A stretch of DNA of 64,000 nt. Origin: Marsupella aquatica. Its lineage: Eukaryota; Plantae; Marchantiophyta. Below are positions 48,559-60,559 of the stretch, piece by piece. The notes under the pieces are model-generated. The model saw nothing but the letters and a program-made list of their open reading frames with translations, made no database searches and was not told where the DNA came from. Where the stretch lies: NCBI GenBank assembly GCA_973895155.1, contig OZ316898.1, forward strand, positions 5,195,079 to 5,259,078. Reading direction: 5' to 3'. A program made the position numbers and the translations under genes. Every line of letters begins with the position of its first letter. The stretch's first letter is position 1.

Positions 48559-51261
48559 ATGAGAAGGAAAGCACTTTGGGTGGATGGCTGCTCTACTCCA
48601 GCATGGGTGAAGGCAAGGCTCGGATTGCTTACTCAAGGCAGATTGCAATCTTGTGCATATGGAACTGTGGGCTCCGTCATCCGGCAGATGTCTGGCGTGG
48701 CCAAAGTTTACAACCCGTCCCTGCAGCAGGCGTAGAACGAGCTCGACGCATTTCGTGATCAATGGAGGCTTCAGAAGACGGCTGCCAAGGTGTACGGGAG
48801 GGAAGTTCAATCAGCAGAGTCTGAAAACAGAGGGGAAGCTGAAGCTCTGGCTGGTTTTCAAGGTGTAAAGGGGCATGGCAACAATGTAGCACAGCTGGAG
48901 GCACCATCCCCTCAAACTCGCCCAGGAGCTCCCAAGTGGAGTGAAGCTGCAAAGATGATCGAGCACAAGCGGAACCTTTCACGTACAGTCGTTGGTGGGA
49001 TTGAATTCCGTCAACAGAACACTGACAGCCTGCAAGTGGAACTCGAAGGAGCAGGTGATACAAAAGCGAAATTAACCAGACCTATAGCAGCGAACAGTTT
49101 GCAGGGGACTCAAGAGCCGGAACTTCTATCCAGGAAGCAAGAGGAGCAATCTTCAGCTATCTTTGAAGAACGGGTGACTGGGGAATTAGGACGTCAACAC
49201 CTGATGACCGAGGAGCTGTTCAGGAAAGCACATTGGATGGATGGCCGGTCAAGACCAGCGTGTATAAGGGAAGGGCTCGATTTGATTGGTCAAGGCGGAT
49301 TGCGATCTCGTGCCTATTGTGGCAGAAGAGATTGGTCTCGAAACATTGCACAAGAGAATGACAATACGGACATGCAGAGCGCGGGGACCGCGAGTCAAGC
49401 AATTACTGTGGTGCAGAATCGTCTACAACGAAGCATTACTACAGACTCGTACACATATGTTAAAGTTCTGCAAATGTGCTCGAAACAGAAAGACCTTTTA
49501 GCGGCCAAGCAGGTGCATGACCACGTCATCCCGAGTGGAATGGATAATAATCTTTCTGTGGCGATAGCCCTCCTGAATGCGTATATTAAATATCGAGCAT
49601 TGCTCGATGCACGCCGAGTTTTTGACCAACTTGAGAAGAAGAGTGTCATTACTTGGAACAACATGATTGGAGGATATTGTAAGAGCGATCATACTGAATC
49701 TGCTTTAGAGCTATTTAATCAAATGCGCCAAGAAGGCGTGCAGCCGGACGAGATCACGTATCTGAGCATCCTAAAGGCATGTGACAACAACCCATTAGCT
49801 CTAAAATGGGGAAAGGAAGTTCATGTCCATATTCGACATACTGGCTTTGAATCAGATGTGCGGGTAGGGACTGCCCTCCTACAGATGTATGCAAAGAGGG
49901 GCAGTATCGATGACGCCCGACTAATGTTTAACAGAATGGAGAAACGTGATGTAGTGACATGGACTGCAATGCTTAGAGCATATGCAGAAGGTGGTCATGG
50001 TGTGGAAGCATATCAACTGTTCCTCCAAATGAGACGGGAAGGCTTCGAACCAGATGCAATCACTTATCTGAGCATCCTGAATGCATCTGCAAGTGCGGGG
50101 GCTTTGGAGTGGGTGAAGGATGTTCATGGCCATGCTAGCGAAGCTGGACTGGAGTCGGATTTGCGTGTGGGATTTGCGTGTGGGATTTGCGTGTGGGATT
50201 TGCGTGTGGGCAATGCACTGGTTCACATGTATGCAAAGAGTGGCAGTATAGATGATGCCCGACTGGTCTTTGACAGGATGGAGAAATGCGATGTGGTCAC
50301 ATGGACTGCAATGATCGGTGGACTTGCACAGCATGGATGTGGGCATGAAGCCCTGGAGTTTTTCAGGAAAATGAATGCAGACGGTGTGAAGCCCGATCGG
50401 ACTTCATTCGTGGCAGTGTTGTCCGCCCGTTGTCATGGAGGCCTTGTTGATGATGGCCGTAGAATCTTTTTGGCTATGACGCAAGATTATGACATTGAGC
50501 CTGACGTTGTGCATTATACCTGCATGGTGGATCTTCTTGGGCGGGCGGGACACCTGGAAGAAGCAAAGCGGTTCATTAGTGACATGCCAGTTGAACCAGA
50601 TGTAGTAACTTGGAAAGCTTTGCTTGGGGCTAGTAGAACGTATAACAATGTGGAGTTGGGCGAACTTGCCGCTAAACAGCTTCTGAAGTTGGAACCCAAT
50701 TGTGCGTCTGCATATGTGCTTCTCTCCAACATCTATGCTGCAGCTGGTAACTGGGAGAAGAAGTCCTTGGTCCGCACCATGATGCAAGAGAGAGGTATTC
50801 GGAAGGAGCAAGGGCGGAGCTGGATTGAAGTTGATAGCAAGGTCCATGAATTTGTCGTGGGGGATACATCTCATCCAGAAGCGAAGGCGATATATACTGA
50901 GCTCAATAAATCGAATGAAAAACTGAAAGATGAAGGCTACATTCCGGATACCCGACTGGTGTTTCATGATATGAATGAGGAGGAAAAAGAACTAGCTCTT
51001 TTCTCTCATAGTGAGAAGTTGGCTATTGCGTACGGGCTTATGCATATACCTCTGGGAGAATCAATTCGTGTGACTAAGAACCTTCGAGTGTGTCCAGATT
51101 GCCATACAGCAACGAAGTTGATCTCTAAGGTGACAGGACTTGAGATTATAGCGAGAGATGCAAATCGCTTTCACCATTTTAAAGGTGGGGTGTGTATTGT
51201 GGTGACTACTGGTGACCAGTTGAATTTGTTGCGGTGGCTGGAAATTGGTTCTGAACGGTAA
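48559..51261 (+). pseudogene. Second PLS-DYW PPR paralog, probably decaying (11 PPR motifs, E1-E2, frameshifted DYW tail)
   Basis: ATG 48559 is homologous to the 19324 start and in frame with the 48790-51261 ORF, but TAG lies at 48733; later ATGs are at 48955 and 49204. HSEKLA and CPDCH are retained and the PG box reads QGRSWIE. There is a 39-bp insertion at 50158-50209. A 1-bp deletion at ~51196 moves CGDYW* (stop 51213-51215) out of frame. Confidence 0.88.
50158..50209 (+). repeat. 4 x 13-bp perfect microrepeat inside the PPR coding sequence
   Basis: GATTTGCGTGTGG at 50158, 50171, 50184 and 50197; single-copy in the homologous motifs of the first PPR gene. Confidence 0.97.
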
Positions 51262-51383
51262 TCACTGGCCACAAAGATTTGATCAGGTTTTTCATTGTTG
51301 CCTTCATCAAGAATGGCTCTATTTTTGCACTCTGCTTTTTATTGCAACCGAATCTGTGACGCAAGACTGGTCTTAGTTTGCTA

Positions 51384-51620
51384 CAGTTTCTTGTAATGTT
51401 ATGGGTGGGTTCAATGCAGTCACACTGGTTCTAAATGAGGATGCAGTTTAGGTAGCAGAAGCCATGTTACTAGGAACTAAAAGTGCTTCTCTAGCTTCAC
51501 AGGAATTGCAGTTTCTTGTATTTAATGGGTGGGTTCAATCCGGGTACACTGGATCGAAATGAGACTGCAGTTTAGGTGGCAGTCCATGTTACTAGGAACT
51601 AAAAGTGTTTTCTCTAGCTT
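51384..51620. repeat. Tandem duplication, 2 x ~125 bp
   Basis: CAGTTTCTTGTA..ATGGGTGGGTTCAAT..CCATGTTACTAGGAACTAAAAGTG..TCTCTAGCTT occurs twice. Confidence 0.85.
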
Positions 51621-52104
51621 GAAAGGAATTGCACAAAAGGATTGGTGATGCTTAGAACTACAAACTCCTTAGTTTGGTCATGAGAATAAGAACACAATGG
51701 GCCACGAGAGTAGCTTTTGATTAGGCTTTATTAGTTAGATACAATTGAAGTAAAAAAGTCAGGTCTTCAGAAAACACTGCTTAGTCTTGGGTTCAGAAAT
51801 CAACTCTCCACATCAAAAACCATTTGATCACAATTGGAACTTGACCCCTAAACCCAAACCTCTTATCTCTAAGTGCAATATATTTACTCTATGCCCAAAC
51901 CCTATGCGCTTATCACTGACTGCACCCTGTTGTCTTTTCATCGTGTTGTTGATCTTAGGGATAAGAGAGAGTACGTCAACTATTGCACTTCTAAATTTGT
52001 GGTCTAGATGCCTCTTTGTCCAGTAATGTAAACTGCCAAAAAGGTGATGAGAAAAATGATCCTGTTGTTGTTCGTAGGAGTAAGAGTACATCACCCATTG
52101 CACT

Positions 52105-52250
52105 TTAAATTTGTAGTTTAAGGTGTGTCTTTGTCCAATAACGTGAGCTGCAAAGAGCTGTAATTCACACAATTATTTTAAATTTGTAGTTTAAGGTGTG
52201 TCTTTGTCCAATAACGTGAGCTGCAAAGAGCTGTAACTCACACAATTATT
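52105..52250. repeat. Tandem duplication, 2 x ~73 bp
   Basis: TTTAAATTTGTAGTTTAAGGTGTGTCTTTGTCCAATAACGTGAGCTGCAAAGAGCTGTAA.TCACACAATTAT occurs twice. Confidence 0.92.
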
Positions 52251-52414
52251 GTTGCTGCTGCGTGGAGTTGTCTGGCCAGGTGAGAATTTTTTTTAAGTGA
52301 CAAATTCTTTAGATTCCACCTCTCTAAAAGTAATTTGCTCTGGCAAAAATTGCTAGATTTTCTATCTTTATGTAAAACTTTTTTTGGTTTTTTTTTCATC
52401 AGCCTCTACAGTGA

Positions 52415-52758
52415 TGTTGAGCAAAGACGACATTCGTAACGGCAAACCCATGAACCATCCAACGCACAATAGTCGACACAAAGAGATACGTGGTTCACCT
52501 CCACATGAGGCTACGTCCACGGGAACACACAAGAGCTTTACTGCACTCTAGGCTGACCGGCCATACCAAACATCCACAGCACAAGCTCTCCCTATCTCTC
52601 AACTAGCTCCGTAACAATGAGCCTAAGTTTCACCAGGGTCTGGCATCAGCCCTGGCTATATGCACAATAGCACTACCGCTAACATTAGCTAAGTCCTAAC
52701 CCGAGTTAGCCTAACTGTAGTTAGCTCATGAGTCACAAGACTAGAACAATATCTAACA
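52415..52758 (-). repeat. 3' LTR of the copia element
   Basis: TGTTGAGC...TCTAACA; adjacent PPT (plus strand AACCCCCCCTT, 52759-52769). Confidence 0.95.
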
Positions 52759-52971
52759 AACCCCCCCTTGACTCTTGTCTTGGGGACTAGACTAAATGTT
52801 ACCATATGAAATCCTCAGCGGGAAGTTCTAGACAATCACCAAACCAGGTCTCCCCCTAAAAACCACAAGGGTTAACTAAGGGTTAACTAGAACTAAGCCG
52901 TAGCCAAATAGGAATGAGTAATCCATATACAAATAGTCACACATTGTTAAATAACTCTACTTGCACTACAA

Positions 52972-55900
52972 CTACAAAACTTGCAAAGTAGCATGATGTC
53001 TTGAGAAACTCTCCAAAGGAATCACTTTGGTAAAGGCATCAGCGGGATTAAGCTTTCCATCAATCTTGACTAGCTCAAAAGTTTTATCAGACACTGCTTG
53101 CCTGATAAAATGGTACCTGATATCAATGTGCTTCACCCTGCTATCCATCACCTGGTTAGCAGCCAAGTGAAGAGCACTCTGACTATCACAATTTAGAGTC
53201 ATTTTTCCATGCTCTAAACCCATCTCTGCGATCAACTTATCCAACCAAATTGCTTCCTTTGTTGCTTCTGCTGCTGCAACATACTCTGCTTCTGTAGTAG
53301 ACTGAGATATGCACTTCTGCAAGGTAGATTTCCAACTGATACATCCTCCTCCAAGAGTGTATACAAACCCAGTTGTAGACCTCCTTGTATCCAGACAGCC
53401 TCCATAGTCAGAATCTACATAGCCAACTAACGTTCTATCTTATCTGTTATCAAATAGTAATCCATAGTCCTGTGTTCCCCTCACATACCTAAGAATCCAT
53501 TTCACAGCTTCCCAATGTACCTTCCCTGGATTTGACATGAAACTGCTGACCTTGCCCATCGCTAGGGCCAAGTCAAGCCTAGTACAAGTCATCAAATACA
53601 TCAAACTGCCTACTGCCTTCTCATAAGGAATCTTAGCCATCAGACCTTTCTCCACAGCATCCGTAGGAGAGAAAGCCGATGATAACTTGAAATGTGAAGC
53701 TAAAGGAATACTCACTGGCTTACAGTTCTCCATGTTGAATCGTGCAAGTACTTTCCTCGCATACTGGCCTTGACTCAAGCACAACTGTCCAGTCTCAGAG
53801 TTCCTAAAAATCTCCATCCCTAAGATCCTCTTGGCCTTACCAAGATCCTTCATCCTGAATTCAGCACTCAATTTTGCCTTGAGACTGTCAACCTCAGATT
53901 GATCTTTAGCCACAATCAGCATGTCATCCACATAGATCACCAGAATGATGAAACCAAATACATCATTCTTGACTAATTTTGTATACACACAAGGATCATA
54001 CACCATCCTTGTAAAACCTTGAGCAATCATGAAATCATCAAACCGCTTGTTCCACTGTCTGGGAGACTGCTTCAATCCATACAAGGACTTGAGCAATCTA
54101 CAAACTAAGTTCTCTTGGCCCTTCTTCGTAAAGCCTAGTGGTTGTCTCATGAAGATCATCTCTTCCAAGTTGCCATAGAGAAAGGCAGTAACAACATCCA
54201 TCTGATCCATCACCAGACCAAAAAATACAACAAGCTGACACAAGATCTGAATTGTGAAATACTTAGCAACCGGTGAAAAGACCTCATTGTAATCCACTCC
54301 TTTCTCCTGAGTGAATCCCTTGGCAACAAGCCTTGCCTTGTAGATCTTGTCTCCACCCTCTCTGAAGGACTATCCTTCAACTTATAAATCCACTTGTTGT
54401 CCACCACTTGCTGACCTCTTGGAAGCTCCACCAGCTCCCATGTCTTGTTGTCACTCAAAGATTGCAACTCCCTCTGCATTGTTGCATTCCACTCATGCTT
54501 CTGCTCTGAAGCACAAGCCTCACTATACGAAGAACGCTCTCCTTCTTCCAAGATCAAAGCCATATCATCTTCATCAGGTGCAATGTCAATATCATCTAGC
54601 TTAGATGAGTCTGCCCAATGACCATACCTGGTAGGAGCTCTAGTAGAACGACTGGAAGTTCTTCTAGTAGATGACTCAGGCTGATCTGCTGCTGCTGCTG
54701 GTTGAATTTGAGGTACCCCAGCAACAATCTGCTCCTCTTGTTCCATCACAGGAACCAGCTCCAAGCCCGGAGCTTCTCCATCTCTCCTGTCATGAACATC
54801 ATCATGACTAATCTCCCCTCAACCTCGTCCGGAATGGGAGATTTCCCCTTGTCAGTATGGGAGTCCTGAGAACTCTCCCCCTCTTTTGATGATCTGGATT
54901 CATTAAATGACACATCTCTACTAACAATTAGCTTACAGGTTACTGGATCCCATAACCTATAACCTTCACACCTCTCTGATAACCAAGGAAAATGCACTTC
55001 TTTGACTTGGAGTCCAGCTTGGATCGAAGCTGGGAAGGTGTAAGCACATAAGTATCACATCCAAAAATTTTCAGATGTGAGTAATCTGCTGGACGCCCGT
55101 ACCTCATTTCAAATGGCGTCTTGAATCCAATAGAACTGGATGGAGAAAAAATTACCAAATAAGCTGTAGTGTTGACAACTTCAACCCAAAACTCATGTGG
55201 TTAGCATGATTGACTCAACATACTCCTCGAGCGGTCCAATAGTGTTTGGTTGAGTCTCTCAGAAACACCATTCTGCTAAGGAGTATAACTTGTTGTGAGA
55301 TGGCGGGTAATCCCCTGCTCCTTACAACACGTTCCAAATTCCTCGGAACTGTATTCACCGTCATTATTCGATAGAAGATATCTCACCTTATTACCAGTCT
55401 GATTCTCAACTTGGGCTTTCCACTCCTTAAAAGTGGCAAAAACATCAGACTTATTGTGTAGAAAGTATATCCACACATACTTTGAGTAATCGTCTATGAA
55501 CGTGACATAGTATAACCGTCCAGAATGTGAGAGAGTAGGGGCTGGACCCCACACATCGCTATGTACATACTCAAGTATCTCCTTGCTGGTATAAGTACCA
55601 ACTCCGAAGGGTTTCCTGTGCTGCTTCCCTAGCACACAGTGCTCATAAAATTGCAACTTACAGGATTGCAAATTAGAAAATAATCCTTTCTTCTGAAGAA
55701 TAACCAAACCTTTTTCACTCATGTGGCCCAAACGGAAGTGCCACAGCCGGGCCGTCTCCTCATGAGATAAGGTTATATTGGCTTCATCACAGACCAAACT
55801 GCCCTCCAAAATGTATAGATTGCAATGCCTCTTTCCCTTCAATACAACTTTAGTATCAGTTGAAACCTGAAGGACACCATTAGCAGAACTCCACTGATGG

Positions 55901-57049
55901 CCATTTGCCTCTAAAACTCCAAGTGAAATGAGATTTTTCATCATGCTGGGAATATGTCTCACATTCCTCAATGTTCTCACAGCACCATCAAACATCTGAA
56001 ATCTTACAGATCCAAGTCCAACAACTTGACATGGGATTCCATTTCCCATCAACATTGACCCGTTGGAAACCGTGTAAGAACTGAAACAATCTCTTCTAGA
56101 GCAAATGTGAAAAGTGCATGCACTATCTAGAATCCAGTCATCACTACCTGGATTTGACACTACGTTGTGAGCATAACCTTGATATCACAATATGTCATCA
56201 TCATCGAGTAAATCTACCTCATGCGAGCTCGATGCCGCGTTAGCAAAGGCAGTAGGGACCTTTACTCGACAATCCCTTTTCATGTGGCCAGGCTTGCCAC
56301 AATTCCAATATGCAAGAGGCTTCCTCTCTTGCAATTTCCCTCTGGATTTAGATCTCCCCCGTGATGTAGATCTAAACCTATTCTGTCCATTTGTGCGCTG
56401 CGCTGCTCTTCCCCTGTTCACATTGAGCGCAGTGCCAGAAGAAGATGTTGTCTGTGATTGACCCAACTTCTTCTGAGCATCATCGGACAGTAATGAGCTC
56501 ACCACCTCATTATACAAAATGGACTTCAGATCTCTGTACAAGGAAACCTGTTTCAAACCCTGATAAGATCGATGGCGGTAAGGAGCTTAGCAGAAGCAAG
56601 GCCTTATCCTCATCTTCAACTCCTTTTCCCAGGTTTGACAGATCCACCGCTAGACTGTCAAATTCATCCAGATGATCCTGCATCTTGCTCCCTTCCTTGA
56701 GCCTAAGGCTCATCAAGAGAGACTTCTTATATAGCCGGTCTGACGCATCTTCCCGGTAGTACTTCTCTCTTAGAGCCTTGAACAGTGATGTGCAATTCGC
56801 ATAATCATCCAGTTGCTTGATGATGTGCGGCTTGAGATATAGCATCACTGCATTGACAGCAATCACCTGCTCCTGTCTCCACTGTCTCACATAAATCTCC
56901 TCCTCTCCATCATACTGCTCTCGCGAAGAGAGCAGATGAGCTAAGCCCATGGCCCGTAGAACATCCTTCACTTGCTTCTCCCACAACAAGTAATCAGTAC
57001 GACCATCGTACTTCTCCACCTCAAACTTCACTCCTCCAAATCTAGCCAT
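52972..57049 (-). pseudogene. Copia gag-pol polyprotein with frameshifts and stops
   Basis: Gag KFEVEKYDG..LW, a zinc-knuckle remnant (YWNCGKPGHMKRDC), protease WILDSACTFH, integrase LWHFRLGH..VHSDVWGP..FIDDYS, RT DVVTAFLYG / SLYGLKQSPRQW / YVDDML, and RNase [25 protein letters not shown]. Confidence 0.95.
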
Positions 57050-58796
57050 CTCCCTCTTCTTTCCCACTACCGACAGCTCTGGTAGTAACACAGCTTCCTC
57101 CACTGCACGCCACACCAGTGATCATACCGGTGTCACTAGTTCTTCCTCAAATGGTAGCAGCTCCTCCTCAGACTCTCCATCTGACCATTGCGATCCTGAA
57201 ACTCCACCGACTCCAATTCTTCCAGTATCCCCCGAGTCACTCATATGAAACAATCACGAAAAAACATCTTTTTTTGAAACTTCTCATAAAACTCAAAACT
57301 CAACACCGCCGCGTAGCCCACGAAGCTAGGAGTCCAATACTGAAAGCCGAAATCAAAATTGAAATTCGACGGAAAAGTTATTCAAATTTTGGTCGGGGTG
57401 GGTAAAACCTTGGGAAACTCCCCCGTTTTGACCACCTTGGAGAATAACCAAAATACCCAGTACAACCCGTCGTCGGAATCGCGATGTGATTGGTGCGCCG
57501 CGTTGCTAACTCTAGTGGCAACGTCCTCACCAAAAAAGAACCAAAAAAGTTACCGTTCGGCGGACAGAATCTTTGTCGGACGGCCGAAAAACAGCTCTCT
57601 GTTTTTTGGGAATATTCCCGCACAGTACAACAGGTCTCACAGGGGGCAGTTCCCCCTATCCAAGCGGTTAAAACGGAGGGCGGCAGGTCCCGGCACATGG
57701 GACAAACCAATGAGAGGGAAAAAAAGGCAAAAAATGGGCACTAAAGGGGGTGCTTAAGCCCCTTAAAGCCTAAAATACCCTGTAAAGGGCCGGGGGTACA
57801 AAGGGCGTATGGCCGGCGTCGGGGCGGGACGAGGGTACAGCCGCGTACAAGCGGCGTAGAGCCGCAAAGGGCTGGGCATACGATGACAGGGCGGTGCCGC
57901 GGTAGCGACCGACACAGTATGGCGGAGGGCGTACGAGCGCACAAAAAGCGCCGGCCGGTGTTGCGCAGCTCGTCGCCGCGGCTGAAGGATGAGCGGAAAA
58001 CAAGGTGCGGGGGGGGGTCGGGCATACAAGGGGAAACGATGGGGGACCAAGGGCCGGGAGGGTGTGTATACACACCAAAAGTGGCCCTAACCTAAGCTAA
58101 GATTTGACTTTAAAACAAAAAAGCCGTTTGCACACCTTGAACGCCGCTGCTTCTCACGAGTAAAGTGAACGCCGCCGTCAGGAAATGTTGCCGAATTGCA
58201 CCAGCACAGTCTGCAGCTCCACCAAAGAAAGAACTTCTGTTGCATCGCCTTCACTCCGCGTCAAGTGCCAATCCCGGACTCAAAATGACCGTCTCGCCAC
58301 GATCTCTCCGTTGAGCCTCAGCACTTCGCGTTTCTTCCTCCGAGTCAAGCGTCACGACGAGTAATCCGATTCAGGGAAAATTTGGCACCATAGCTTGTCA
58401 AAAAACCAGAACGCCTCCTTCACTTGTAATGACGCACTCGTTTCGCAAATGTCAGCAAACTAGATACCAAAACGACCAGCACGCTCCAACCTTCAACTTG
58501 AAGTATCACATGCGACGCCCTGCACACCACACAGCTCACACCGTTGAAAAAACAATCTCTGGTTTCTCCCCCGAAATACCGTCGAACACGAATAAACCCT
58601 GAACGATGCAAACTTCAATTCCTCCGCACCACGGATACCGATCAGCGAGCTCTAACCACCGTTAGAAAGCCCTCTCACTAACCTATCCGCACAGCCACAC
58701 ACATTTGAGTTTCATGCGACGAAACTCTGAATGTACCATCGACAATGAACGCTGGAAAAAACCTGTCACGAAAAAACCTCGTCACCTCCCAGGCAT

Positions 58797-58808
58797 GCTC
58801 TGATACCA
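58797..58808 (-). promoter_or_regulatory. Primer binding site complementary to tRNA-iMet
   Basis: TGGTATCAGAGC on the minus strand, 2 nt inside the 5' LTR. Confidence 0.93.
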
Positions 58809-58810
58809 TT

Positions 58811-59154
58811 TGTTGAGCATAGACGACATTCGCAACGGCAAGCCCATGAACCATCCAACGCACAATAGTCGACACAGAGAGATACGTGGTTCACCTCCAC
58901 ATGAGGCTACGTCCACGGGAACACACAAGAGCTTTACTGCACTCTAGGCCGACCGGCCATACCAAGTATCCACAGCACAAGCTCTCCCTATCTCTCAACT
59001 AGCTCCGTAACAATGAGCCTATGTTCCACCAGGGTCTGGCATCAGCCCTGGCTATATGCACAACAACACTACCGCTAACCTTAGCTAGGTCCTAACCCGA
59101 GTTAGCCTCACTGTGGTTAGCACAAGAGTCACAAGACTAGAGCAATATCTAACA
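58811..59154 (-). repeat. 5' LTR of the copia element
   Basis: Matches 52415-52758 with ~18 substitutions by manual count and no indels. Confidence 0.95.
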
Positions 59155-60559
59155 CTTTTTGCTAAGTCATTTGAATTGGTTCTTTTATGTCCAAACCAAC
59201 CTGTTTGCTAAGTCACTCGATGGCTGCCCACATGTGAGGGGTACTACTTTCCCTCAGGGTCAGTGTACCTTGGAGGTTGGTTTTGCGAGAGATTTTGGGG
59301 GTACTACTTGCCCTAAGTGTTCAGGGTCAGTGTGCCGCGAAGGTTGGTTTTGCGAGGGAAATTGGGAGTCGACGACCTTCATTCCAGCTGCACTCTTCGC
59401 GAACTTCCTGTAGGGGGCAATGAAAGTGTTTGAGCGCCACTGGACTTTAGGGTGCAAATGTGTTTAGGATTGGCCAGCTACGAGCGTCAGTGTGGAGGTC
59501 TGCCAATCAGTTTTGAGGGGAGTCCATTGTCGCTTTTCAACCTGCTGGTGAGCTAAGCTGCTATTGAGTTTCAAGTGAGAGCTGCCGACTTGGAGTTGAG
59601 CTCTACGAGGTGGTGTCTGAGTGTACATCTGCTCGACATACTTTTGGGAGCTCGCAGTTGGCAGGAGGGCCAAGTCATTGCACAAAAAGTTGCAACCATG
59701 ACAATGCAAACTAGCTAGGCAGAGGCCGGTTTGTGTGTGGGCGGAGGATCACTGCGAGCTAGGCGGAGGAATATTGTGTTGTGTCCAACTTGCTTTAGGA
59801 CGGCTCATGTCAACGCAGAGGACCTAGACTCTCACTAGGTTCAGTTCTCTGTGTTCAGTGTTGAGGTGCATTGTGCGTGAGTGCGTGTCTGATTCATCTT
59901 CTGCTGCCACTACTCTCACTCACTCTGCTTACTCTCGGCTTTTCTCACGTCGACTACGGGACCCTCACTCATTGACTTCTTGTCTAGTGCATACCGGAAC
60001 CCTATTCCTCCTTGAAGTTTTGTTCAAGCCCAAGGTAGAACGAGGAGGGAGGTAGAAGCGCAAGGGATTTCTATGCTAATCTGTTGGGGATTGAAGAACA
60101 CACCTGCCATTTTGAAGCTTTGTCGTAATTGCTATTGGTCTCATTGTTTTTTGCTACGGTGTGAAGGCGGCGGAGCTTCTAGTTTGACCTTTGAGTGACT
60201 TGCGGTGAGCTTCTAGTGTGGCTATTGAGGTCGACCAACCTGCATTGACCAAGCTGATCAACCTACTGAGCTGCCATTGGGAGTTGGAGGTTGTGTTGCG
60301 TTCGATTTTGGAGTCGAGAGGCTAAATGCGATAGCTCTGTTCCGGGCTCTGTTAAGCTAATGCAGACGTTTCTGCTCAGGAGACGAGGTAAAATCTATCG
60401 ACCTTCAAGCTGCTGTGAGGTTCATTGAAGAGGGAGGTTGAATGCCTAGCGCTATCAGGTGAGGAAGGAGAGTATGGCCAAGCTGCATCTTTAGGGGTTT
60501 TGCTTCAGCTTTGACCATCTTTCATCGTTGTAATTGCTGCTCTCGTCTATCGCTACATG

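Larger units (their letters stand above)
52415..59154 (-). mobile_element. Full-length Ty1/copia LTR retrotransposon (Tnt1/Tork-like), coding region degraded
   Basis: Two 344-bp TG..CA LTRs, a tRNA-iMet PBS, a PPT, and gag-PR-IN-RT-RNaseH order on the minus strand. Confidence 0.97.
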
